A stretch of 64,000 nt of DNA, taken from assembly GCA_046290225.1 (NCBI GenBank), contig JBKAGE010000041.1, forward strand, positions 53,148 to 117,147, read 5' to 3'. Positions 40,729-50,307 of the stretch are shown piece by piece. Both the position numbers and the translations under genes were made by a program. The notes under the pieces are model-generated. The model made no database searches, was not told where the DNA came from, and saw only the letters and a list, made by a program, of their open reading frames with translations. The first letter of the stretch is position 1; every line of letters begins with the position of its first letter. Source of the stretch: Bradymonadia bacterium. GTDB lineage: Bacteria > Myxococcota_A > Bradymonadia > UBA7976 > UBA1532.

Positions 40729-40883
40729 GCGGAGCAGCCATGTCCATCTGTTGCGCGGTTGTCTGTTGACACCATGTAGTGGCCCTATGCCAATGTTTGA
40801 TGTCATACATGTAATTTGGTGTGGTTTGCTCTGGGGGTAACACATATAATCCTGCACATCACTCCATCTGTGCAGGGCTCGCC

Positions 40884-43800
40884 ATGCCATTCTCCACTCG
40901 CAAAACACTCTCCTGGCTCGCTGCGTTGGGCATCCTCGGCACCGCCGGGGCCGCCCATGCCGTACATGCTTTTCACACCTGCGTCCTCTTTGATGATGGG
41001 CGCGTGAAGTGCTGGGGCTACAATGCCAATGGTCAGCTCGGCCAGGGCAATACCACTGAGCGGGGCTCCGGCGCTGGCCAGATGGGTGACAGCATGCCCT
41101 TCGTGGATCTCGGCACCGGCCGCACGGCTGTGCAGCTCTCCACGAGCAAGCGCAACAGCTGCGCCATCCTCAACGATGGCGGGCTTAAGTGCTGGGGTGG
41201 CAACGATTACGGCATCTTCCCTTCGAGCAGCGGGTATCTCGGCAACCAGGCCGGTGAGATGGGCGACAACTTGCCCTACGTCAGCCTCGGCGCCGGTCGC
41301 ACCGTCTCCGATGTCAGCATGGGCGCCGATCATGCCTGCGTGATCCTCGACAATGGCGGAGTGAAATGCTGGGGCCGCAATGACTATGGTCAGCTGGGCC
41401 TCGGCGACACCAACAACCGCGGTGACAGCGCTGCGGAGATGGGCGACAGCCTGCCCTACGTCGATCTGGGCACCGGTCGCACCGCCACCGCCATCGCTGC
41501 GAGCCATCTGCACTCATGCGCAGTCCTCGACAATGGTCGGTTGAAGTGTTGGGGCTACAGTGCCAATGGCCAGCTCGGCCTCGGTGTCAACGAGTACCGC
41601 GGCAACCAGGCCGGTGAGATGGGCGACAACCTGCCCTATGTCGATCTGGGCACCGACGGCAACGGGGATCCCTTGCTGGTCCGCGACGTGAGCATCGGGT
41701 GGGGCCTCACCTGCGCCTTGATGAACAGCGGTGACGTGAAGTGCTGGGGCGCCAACAGCCATGGCAAGCAAGGCCGGGGCGACACCACCGAGCGGGGCAA
41801 CAACCCCGCCGATATGGGCAACAACCTGCCTGTCGTCGACCTGGGCACCGATGCTCAGGGCCAGCCCCACACCGCCACTCAGGTGCACGCCGACGTCAAC
41901 AACGTGTGCGTGATCCTGAACGATGGTCGGGTGAAGTGCTGGGGCTACAATGTCTACGGCAACCTCGGCCTCGGCGACACCAGCGCCCGGGGCGACAACG
42001 CCAACGAGATGGGCGACAGCCTGCCCTACACCGAGCTCGGCACCGGCCGCACCGCCGTGACTCTGGCCCGCGGGATCAACCACAGCTGCGCGCTGCTCGA
42101 CAACGGTGACGTGAAGTGCTGGGGCTACGATGGCAACGGTCGACTCGGCTATGGCACCAACGGATCACACCAGGGCAACGAGCCCAACGAGATGGGCGAC
42201 AACCTCGCCACCGTGAGCCTCGGCACGGGGCTCACCGCTGTGGCGCTGAGCGGCAGGGCTGCGCCGTGTGCTGATCCTGATGGTGACGGCCTGTGTGGCG
42301 ACGCCGACAACTGTCCGGCCACGGCAAACGCTGATCAAGCCGACGGCGACGCCGACGGTGTGGGTGATGCCTGTGATGTCTGCCCTGCTGATGGCACCAA
42401 CGATGCTGATGGTGATGGTGTCTGCCAGGACGTGGACAACTGCCCCACCGTCGCCAATGCCGATCAGGCGGACAACAACGGCGATGGTTACGGCGATGCC
42501 TGTGTGAGCACCAGCGCCGACATCGATCCCACCGCCACCCTCGGCGACAACGTGATCATCGGCGCCGACGCGGTCATCGGCAGCTACGCCGACATCGGCG
42601 ACGGCGCCACCATCAACGGCACCGTGGGCAACAGCGCGGTCATCGGCGCTGGCTCCGTGGTCCCTGCAGGGGTCACCGTGGGCAACGCTGCTCGTCTCGG
42701 TAGCAACGTGGGTCTCAGCGCTGGCTGCTCAGTGGAGGTGCTGGCGCGGCTGGGTGACAACATCACCGCTGGCGTCAATTGTGTCTTTGGCAGCAAGGCC
42801 GAGGTGGGCACCGGCAGCAGCTTTGGCGACAACACCAGCGTCGGCGTGCTGGCCATCGTCGGTGAGGGCGCGAGCTTTGCCGACGGCACCACCCTCGGCA
42901 ACAACAGCCAGGTGGGCGATGATGCCACCCTGCTCGCAGGCTCGAGCGTCGGCAGCAACGCCAGCGTGGGCCACACCCTGAACCTCGGCGCCAGCGCCAT
43001 CATCGAAGGCAACGCGGTGATCGGTGACGGAGCCACCGTCGGAGCGAACGGTGTGGTGCGCAGCTATGTCACCATTGGCAACAACCTGGATATGGGCGCA
43101 GGCGCTGAGTTTGCTTCTGGCGCCACCGCCGGTGATGACGCCATCATCGGTGCCAGCGCTGAGATCCGCGGATCTCTGGGCAACGGCGTCACCCTCAACG
43201 ACAACGTGTTCATCGGGAACCAGAGCGCCGTGGGCGACGATTGCACGCTGCGCACCAACGTCACCCTGGGCATCTTCGTCGATCTCGGAGCGCGCTGTGA
43301 CATCGGCGCCGACTCGGCCATCTACGATGGGGCCACGCTCGGTGCGGATGGCGCTGTGGGTGAGCGGGTCACCATCTTGTTCCGGTCGAGCATCGGTCTG
43401 CAGGCGAGCATCGCCGACGACGCCATCATCGATGAGCAGAACACCATCGGTGACGGCTTCACCCTGGGCGCCAACAGTCGTCTGTGGCCGCGGAGCACCT
43501 ACGGCAGCGACGTCAGCATCGGCGCCAATGTGCTCATCCGAGACGGTGCCGACATCAGCGATGAGGTCACCATCGAAGATGACGTGATCATCTTCCCCAG
43601 CACCACCATCGGGGAGCAGAGCACCATCCGTCAGGGGGTGGAGCTCGGTGTGGACACCTGTGAGACCCGCGTCTGTGGCCAGGTCACCATCGGCGGCTGC
43701 CGCGACGTGGGCGCCAACATCGCCGCCGCCGGCAGCGACGAGGGCGCGTGCGAGACCGGGCTGGTCATCGACGTCGACACTGGAGCGCGTGAGTGGGCGG

Positions 43801-44537
43801 ACAACACCTACGCCGCCAGCTGTGCTGACTACCGCAACCCGCCGGCACCTCCTTACACCTATGTCGACAACGTCGGCGACGGCATCTACACCATCGACCC
43901 CGACGGCCCCGGCGGAAACCCTGACTTCGAGGTGTACTGTGACATGACCACCGACGGCGGTGGCTGGACCTTGATCAGCAACCGTCGGGCGAACAACTCC
44001 AACCGCGAGTCCTGCGGCAGCAACCTGGCGCAATTCTTCACCAACGGGTGTGGATCGGTGGACGCCATCGGCGCTGGCAACAGCTATGCCCTCAACAGCA
44101 CTCAGCGGGGGAGTATCGAACACTACGAGTTGATGAACCTGCAGTATCTCAACGGCAGCCTCGACAGCGACGACGCATACATCATCGAGAAGGCCAATGG
44201 CTTCACCGATCTGTTCCCGAACTCCACAGCCTCGAACAACATCGCCCTGGTGCGGGTCTGTAACCTGGCGCGCTCCGTGTGCGATACGACCAGCGTGTTT
44301 TGGAAGTACATCGGCGACTTCTGGTTCCACAACTCATACTGCATGTCGGGCACTTCAGGGAACGCCACCTACCGAGGTAACTATGCTGTGTGCCATAACG
44401 GCGCAGCCAACAATGGCAACGCTGGCAGTTACCCGTCGAGCAGCTTCACGGGCAACCGCAGCGGTTACGATGAGACCAAGCTCTGGGGCCACGGCAATGG
44501 CTCTGTGCCCTATCAGGAGCGCTTGTTCATTCGCTGA
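40884..44537 (+). CDS. Secreted RCC1-repeat / TSP3 / hexapeptide beta-helix / fibrinogen-like protein
   Basis: Signal peptide AHA; seven (V/L)KCWG repeats; [12 protein letters not shown]; long [IV]Gxx[AV]x hexapeptide run; VYCDMTTDGGGWTLI. Confidence 0.85.
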   Translation: MPFSTRKTLSWLAALGILGTAGAAHAVHAFHTCVLFDDGRVKCWGYNANGQLGQGNTTERGSGAGQMGDSMPFVDLGTGRTAVQLSTSKRNSCAILNDGGLKCWGGNDYGIFPSSSGYLGNQAGEMGDNLPYVSLGAGRTVSDVSMGADHACVILDNGGVKCWGRNDYGQLGLGDTNNRGDSAAEMGDSLPYVDLGTGRTATAIAASHLHSCAVLDNGRLKCWGYSANGQLGLGVNEYRGNQAGEMGDNLPYVDLGTDGNGDPLLVRDVSIGWGLTCALMNSGDVKCWGANSHGKQGRGDTTERGNNPADMGNNLPVVDLGTDAQGQPHTATQVHADVNNVCVILNDGRVKCWGYNVYGNLGLGDTSARGDNANEMGDSLPYTELGTGRTAVTLARGINHSCALLDNGDVKCWGYDGNGRLGYGTNGSHQGNEPNEMGDNLATVSLGTGLTAVALSGRAAPCADPDGDGLCGDADNCPATANADQADGDADGVGDACDVCPADGTNDADGDGVCQDVDNCPTVANADQADNNGDGYGDACVSTSADIDPTATLGDNVIIGADAVIGSYADIGDGATINGTVGNSAVIGAGSVVPAGVTVGNAARLGSNVGLSAGCSVEVLARLGDNITAGVNCVFGSKAEVGTGSSFGDNTSVGVLAIVGEGASFADGTTLGNNSQVGDDATLLAGSSVGSNASVGHTLNLGASAIIEGNAVIGDGATVGANGVVRSYVTIGNNLDMGAGAEFASGATAGDDAIIGASAEIRGSLGNGVTLNDNVFIGNQSAVGDDCTLRTNVTLGIFVDLGARCDIGADSAIYDGATLGADGAVGERVTILFRSSIGLQASIADDAIIDEQNTIGDGFTLGANSRLWPRSTYGSDVSIGANVLIRDGADISDEVTIEDDVIIFPSTTIGEQSTIRQGVELGVDTCETRVCGQVTIGGCRDVGANIAAAGSDEGACETGLVIDVDTGAREWADNTYAASCADYRNPPAPPYTYVDNVGDGIYTIDPDGPGGNPDFEVYCDMTTDGGGWTLISNRRANNSNRESCGSNLAQFFTNGCGSVDAIGAGNSYALNSTQRGSIEHYELMNLQYLNGSLDSDDAYIIEKANGFTDLFPNSTASNNIALVRVCNLARSVCDTTSVFWKYIGDFWFHNSYCMSGTSGNATYRGNYAVCHNGAANNGNAGSYPSSSFTGNRSGYDETKLWGHGNGSVPYQERLFIR

Positions 44538-45209
44538 ATGACTGCCTTTGTTGGCTTCGCTCGAACCCACCACATACTCAACTCTGAACACCCGCGACGA
44601 AAGCCCGCCTCAAAGTCTGCCTTGAGAGCGCGCCTCCAAGCCCTGACCCATGAGCATCATGTCAGGGCAACACACTGCCCTGTCTTCAAATCGGTGTCCG
44701 ATGCTCCTTTGAGTGTGGGGACAGTCGCTGCCCTGGGCGAGGTTCGGGAGTACCTGCTCGGCAGCGTCATCGAGACTGTGTCGTCACATGGCCTTTTGGG
44801 AGAACGGCCGCTCGACAACACGATGGAGAGTAGGCGGAGAGGAAGAGCAGGAAGGCAGGGGAGACATGAAAGTGAGGGCTCGACAGCACCACCCGATGGC
44901 GTGCGAGGTGGCGTGCTGTTTGCCAGATGGAGAAGCAGGCGACTCTGAAGCGAGCGCGGCAGAGGCGCACATGGCCGCTCGACAGCAATTCATCGAGTGG
45001 TTGATGGCGCCGTGCTGGTTGCTCGACGAGACGGTCAGGATGCGACGGCGCAAGACCAGAAGTGTCAGCACCACCATGGTCAGAGAGTACGAAGGCTGTG
45101 GCGAGGTCACACGCGCTGATGTCACCTCCGACCACTGTTTGAAGTGAACCCATACAGTGTGACAGCGTTCTCCTGCGTTGGATGAGGCACCAGCGTGTGG
45201 GGAGTCGAC

Positions 45210-47141
45210 ATGAAGTTGAAGTGGTCGTCTGTGTGCGCGCTCGCTCTGGCGAGTGCGCTCACACCGCATGAGAGCGAGGCATGTGGGGGGGGGTGTTCTG
45301 CAACCCCGGGCCTGCGAGCATCAGCACCATCAACCAGGCCGGAGAGCACATCCTTTTTGCGCAAGACCCTGAGGATCCCTCGCTGATGCACATGCACGTG
45401 CAGATTCAGTATCAAGGCGAGCCAGATGACTTCGGGTGGATCCTGCCCGTGCCGCCAGATGTCGAGGTGCAACTCGGTGTCGATGCATTGTTTGCAGCCC
45501 TGGATGGAGCCAGCGCGCCAGGCTTCGCCCTTCAAGCAGTCAACCGCTGTTCCAGTGGTGACACGGGCAGCTCGGGTTGTGGTGATCAAACTGCAGTGCT
45601 TCAGGGCTCGGGCGCTGATGGATCATGGGGGGCGCCCGAGTATCCCTCTGTCGATGTGTTGTCCCAAGGGCAGATCGGACCCTATGAGCAAGTGGTGCTC
45701 ACTGCCGAGGATGTGGGTGAGATCGTCGAGTGGCTCGAGCTCAATGATTTCAATGTGCCCGATGGCAGCGAGGCGTTGCTGACGCCGTACCTGGAGGAGG
45801 GCTCGGTCTTTCTGGCCCTGCGCCTGCGCTCTGAGCAAGAGGTGGGTGACGTCGAGCCGATACATCTGACCTTTACCAGCGATACGCCGGGGATTCCGTT
45901 GCGGCCCACGGCGGTGGCGGCGGAGCCCGACATGGGCATCATTGTGCACGTGCTCGGTGATCACCGGGCGGTGCCCCTCAACTATCAGCACATCATCGTC
46001 AACGATGCCCTCATCGACTGGGAGAATGGGGGTCGCAACTACGCTGACGCGGTGAGTCACGCAGTGGACGCCGCAGAGGGTGGCCTGGGCTTCGTCACCG
46101 ACTCTGCTCAGGTGCTGCAGCCGAATCAGATATTGGGTCAGATACCCGGCATGAGGATCGCCGAGCCTGCGCAGGCCGTGGCGGATCTGAGAGGCCTGAG
46201 CACCTTCCGAGACTGGCAAGCCCTCTTCCTGCCACCCTCAGGGAGCCTGTTTGACTCGGGTACGCTCATCGTGCTCTGCATTCGGATTGAGTGTGAGTAC
46301 TTGTCTTGAGGTCAGATTTCGAGGTTGAAGATGCTCGACGATACTTTGGCATCGCCTGCGCTCTTCGCCCCCGAACTCTGACCTCAATCCTGCGTCCTCC
46401 CGACTCAATACGAATGCAGAGCACGATCAGTCAGTCCGATCATGCTTTCTGGTGTGAGATGGACAGCCTCTCGATCTATGAGGCCATCCCTGAGCTGAGG
46501 GCGCAGACTCTGATGCTGTTCCAGCCTCCTGCGGCAGTGCCCGCTGAGGTGCGTGCTCAATGGGACGCGTGGTTGTTCTGCCCCTGGAGGTTGTCGGAGG
46601 TGCCCTGGGGCCCGGAGGTGCTCGACGCCCCCATCGACGGCGAGCCTCTCGCCATCGAGATCGAGGATCGGATCGCGCCCAGGTACAGCTGTTCACACGG
46701 TGGCCCTATCTGACGCGCCTCTATACGACGTTGAGTCCTGAGGAGATGGTGCGGGACCCCATCTTCGGCTTCAACGAGAGCTTGCCCGACGTACCCCCCG
46801 TGCGCACCGCGTTTCGGCTCATGTATTGCGACCGGGATGTCATCGAGACGCCCTCGGGGCTTGAGTACAGCCCGCGTAACCGCGCCGACACTTCACAGGT
46901 GGAGCGAGATCGAGGCATCACAGTCAGAGGCGAAGGCGAGATCGGGGCCATGCAGGTGCAGCAACTGTTGCCCCAGGGGCCACCTATGTTGGTGGTCAAC
47001 AACCGGCTCGAACTCGGCATCAGGCACAGGGTGAAGGACGGTGAGCAGGAAGAAGGGGGCTGTCAGACCGGCCAGATGCCCGGCGGCCTGCTGTTGTGGA
47101 TGCTGCCCCTCGTCGCGTTGCCCTTGAGGCGCCGTCGCTGA
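45210..47141 (+). pseudogene. DUF2330-like MYXO-CTERM surface protein split by about three frameshifts
   Basis: Signal..ACGG | VFC..INQAGEHILF, IQYQG, FGWILPVP, IPLRPTAVAAEPDM | ... | PYLTRLYTTLSPEEM..DPIF; tail GGC..TM..RRRR; the pieces lie in different frames. Confidence 0.75.
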
Positions 47142-47186
47142 AGGCCCCTTGCCCCGCTCAGGCTCGGCGCGCACAATACTGCGCCT

Positions 47187-49181
47187 ATGCGCAGGTATAC
47201 CCTCAAAAGCACTCAGCCGGCCCCGGAGCGTCCGGGGTTCCTCGATGATCTCAACGAAGAGCAGCGGCAGGTGGCCGAGGCTCTGAGCGGACCCATGCTG
47301 GTCATCGCTGGTGCGGGCACCGGCAAGACCCGCACCCTGGTCTATCGTACCGCCCACATCATCGAGACCCGGGTCGATCCGGGCCGCATCATGTTGCTCA
47401 CGTTCACCAACCGGGCCGCTCGGGAGATGACCGATCGGGTGCAGCGGCTGGTGCCTGTGGTCACCGAGCGCATGTGGGCCGGTACGTTCCACCATGTGGG
47501 GCATCGCATCTTGCGTCGTTATGCCGAGCGTCTGGGCTATGGCACCAACTTCGGCATCATCAACCCTCAAGAGGGCCGCGATCTCATGACCGCGGTCATC
47601 GGCGAGACCGTCGCCGGCGTCTCCGGCAAACGGTTCCCCAAGGCCGATGTGTTGTTGGGGATCCTGTCGAGCGCTCTCAACACTGATCGGCCCTTGTCGG
47701 TGGTGCTCGACGCCGACTTCCCGCGATTCGCCGACCTCCAGCCTCAGATCGACAAGGTCCTCACCGCCTACCTCACCAGGAAGGTGGAGATGAACCTCAT
47801 GGATTACGACGATCTGCTGGTGAACTGGCGGCTGCTGCTCGAAGATCACGAGGACGTGCGGGCGCAATACACCGAGCACTTCCAACACATCATGGTGGAC
47901 GAGTATCAGGACACGAACGCCCTGCAGGCGAGCGTGATCAAGCTGATGCTCGGGGCCCACCAGAACCTGATGGTGGTGGGGGACGACTGCCAGTCGATCT
48001 ACGGGTGGCGAGGCGCCGATGTGGCCAACATCTTGTCGTTCCCCGAGCAGTTCGAGGGCTGCCAGATCTTCAAACTGCAGACCAACTATCGCTGCACCCC
48101 GCAGATCATTGATCTGGCCAACACGTCGATCGCCCAGAACCGCCGACGCTTCGACAAAACCCTCACCTCGGCCTGTGGTGACGGTGAGCTGCCGGCCTTC
48201 GTGGCCCTCGCCGATGGTGCTCAGCAGGCGGCCTTCGTGGCTCAGCGGGCCCTCGAGCTGCGGGACGAGGGGGTCGATCTCAACAACCAGGCGGTGCTCT
48301 ATCGCGCCCACTATCAGGCCATGGAGCTGCAGCTCGAGCTGCAGCGCCGGGGCATCCCTTTCGTGATCCGCAGCGGCCTGCGGTTCTTCGAACAGGCCCA
48401 CATCCGGGATCTGCTCGCCCACCTGCGCATCTTACACAACCCCCGCGATCAGCTCGCCTGGATGCGGGTGCTCAAGATGCGAGAGGGCATTGGCAACAAC
48501 CTCGCCGTGCGCATCGTCAGCGCCCTCACCGCTCAGGGGGATCCGATGGCGGCGCTGCACAGCGGCATCAACGTGCAGCTGCCGAGCCGGGCCCGAAAAT
48601 CGTTCGAAGGGGTCCGGGGTCTGCTGTTGCGCCTCGACAAGCCCGCCATGATCAGGAACCCCGCGGCGATGTTCGACGAGATCCTGGGCGCGGGCCTCGA
48701 GAGCCGGCTGCAAGACGGCGCCCCCAACGCCGAGCAGCGGGTGGAAGACATCAAACAGCTCGGTCACTTCGCCGCCCAGTACACCGACTACCGCGACTTC
48801 CTCAACGAGCTGTCTCTCGTGGAGAATCTGTCGGCGGAGCAGGTGGTGGCTGGGGGAGACACCGACGAGCGGTTGCTCTTGAGCACGGTGCATCAGGCCA
48901 AAGGCCTCGAGTGGGACGCCGTGTTCATGCTCGACATGGCCGACGGCCGGTTCCCTCTCGCCCGGGCGCTGCAGTCACAAGAGCAGGAAGAAGAGGAGCG
49001 TCGGCTCTTCTATGTGGCGACCACTCGGGCCAGACGTGATTTGTATCTGTGCTACCCACAGTGGGGCATCGATCGGGATCGCACCCGCATCTTCATGCGA
49101 CCCAGCAGGTTCCTCACCGAGATCGACGCCAGCAAGGGGGCGCGCACAGAGGTCTGGCAAATCTCCGAGTCTCCGGTGTAG
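47187..49181 (+). CDS. UvrD/PcrA/Rep family ATP-dependent DNA helicase
   Basis: AGAGTGKT, TFTNRAA, VDEYQDTN, VGDDCQSIY, TVHQAKGLEW, EERRLFYVATTRA. Confidence 0.95.
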   Translation: MRRYTLKSTQPAPERPGFLDDLNEEQRQVAEALSGPMLVIAGAGTGKTRTLVYRTAHIIETRVDPGRIMLLTFTNRAAREMTDRVQRLVPVVTERMWAGTFHHVGHRILRRYAERLGYGTNFGIINPQEGRDLMTAVIGETVAGVSGKRFPKADVLLGILSSALNTDRPLSVVLDADFPRFADLQPQIDKVLTAYLTRKVEMNLMDYDDLLVNWRLLLEDHEDVRAQYTEHFQHIMVDEYQDTNALQASVIKLMLGAHQNLMVVGDDCQSIYGWRGADVANILSFPEQFEGCQIFKLQTNYRCTPQIIDLANTSIAQNRRRFDKTLTSACGDGELPAFVALADGAQQAAFVAQRALELRDEGVDLNNQAVLYRAHYQAMELQLELQRRGIPFVIRSGLRFFEQAHIRDLLAHLRILHNPRDQLAWMRVLKMREGIGNNLAVRIVSALTAQGDPMAALHSGINVQLPSRARKSFEGVRGLLLRLDKPAMIRNPAAMFDEILGAGLESRLQDGAPNAEQRVEDIKQLGHFAAQYTDYRDFLNELSLVENLSAEQVVAGGDTDERLLLSTVHQAKGLEWDAVFMLDMADGRFPLARALQSQEQEEEERRLFYVATTRARRDLYLCYPQWGIDRDRTRIFMRPSRFLTEIDASKGARTEVWQISESPV

Positions 49182-49217
49182 ACACACGCGATCGAACTCG
49201 ACCGGAAGGCACCCCAT

Positions 49218-50075
49218 ATGGACCGGCCACACTCCCTTCGAAGGGCCTCCTGCGTGATGTTGGGGCTGCTCTTTCTCCTCGGCGCCCTGTCGCTCAGTGT
49301 GGGCAGCGCCGTCGCTCAAGAGGGCGCCCCGCCGAGCGTGGCCCCTCACAACGCCATGGCGCCCAACGCCGCCCCACCTGAAGGGGTGTATCATCCGGCG
49401 GTGACCTCCAGCGGAGGCCGTGTCCTGTTCTGGATCGGCGGCTTCGCGGTGATGATCTTCGCGGGGTGGTTCATCTTTCGAGAGCAGGTGGGGGAGCGAC
49501 AGACCATCAGACTGCTCGTCGACAAGGTCGGTCCGTTCTTTCGCGAGTTCGACCCTGCCAATGTGCACCGCTGGATCGAGCTGGCAGGGCCTCATGTCTG
49601 GCAGGGCTGGAAACAGCGAGACATGAGCAGCCTGCAAAACTACGTCACCGAGGGCTTCACGGCCTCCATGGCTGAGCACTTCGAAGAACTCGAGCGTCGA
49701 GGCCTCGCCCACAAAGGTGAGTTCGTCAAAGTGCTCAAGGTGCACCCTTTGAGCCTGCACCCTGTGGGCCCCGGCCCTGCCCCTGCCGACCTCGAGCTGG
49801 TGTGTCGCGTGGAGGTCAAGGGCGACGACTGGCTGGTCGATGGCGACGATAAGGTGGTGGCCGGGCGTCCGGAGCGAGGTCAGGTCATGCATTTCTGGAC
49901 CCTGCGCCACAACGGACACCGCTGGTATTTGCACCACATCGAGCGCGCCGAGCGTGATCGGACCGATCTGGGGAAGATGCCGCCGCTGCCACCGATCATG
50001 GAGTGGCGTCGGCCTGATCAGGCCTCTGAGGCGGGCGCAGAGGGCTCAGGAGACACGTCTCTGACCACGTCATAG
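49218..50075 (+). CDS. Membrane protein with a Tim44-like domain
   Basis: Signal plus TM; FDP..., W...D...L, VVAG....HFWTL...WYL pattern. Confidence 0.6.
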   Translation: MDRPHSLRRASCVMLGLLFLLGALSLSVGSAVAQEGAPPSVAPHNAMAPNAAPPEGVYHPAVTSSGGRVLFWIGGFAVMIFAGWFIFREQVGERQTIRLLVDKVGPFFREFDPANVHRWIELAGPHVWQGWKQRDMSSLQNYVTEGFTASMAEHFEELERRGLAHKGEFVKVLKVHPLSLHPVGPGPAPADLELVCRVEVKGDDWLVDGDDKVVAGRPERGQVMHFWTLRHNGHRWYLHHIERAERDRTDLGKMPPLPPIMEWRRPDQASEAGAEGSGDTSLTTS

Positions 50076-50307
50076 GCAGCCTGAGGCTCTACACCACAGA
50101 GATCACGGTCGATTTCCAGGGCTCGATCTGGTATCGACCCGGATCGATTGACTGAATTTTACCTACATTGAAGACCGCACCGCCGAGGCGTGCACTGGCA
50201 GTGCGAAAACTCTTCACAACCCGGGCGGCCGTTGCCTGCGCAATGCATCTGTAGGGATGAGCGCGGGACACTGGGCGCCCGGCGCAGCAGACTGAGGCTG
50301 TTCGCTT

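Noticed and set aside
40766..40800. Sigma-70 promoter upstream of the RCC1 gene
   Set aside because: TTGACA is present but there is no convincing -10 at the proper spacing
44538..45200. Short overlapping ORFs in a ~650-bp gap
   Set aside because: No recognisable motif or consistent frame; a small gene near 44866-45147 is possible but unsupported
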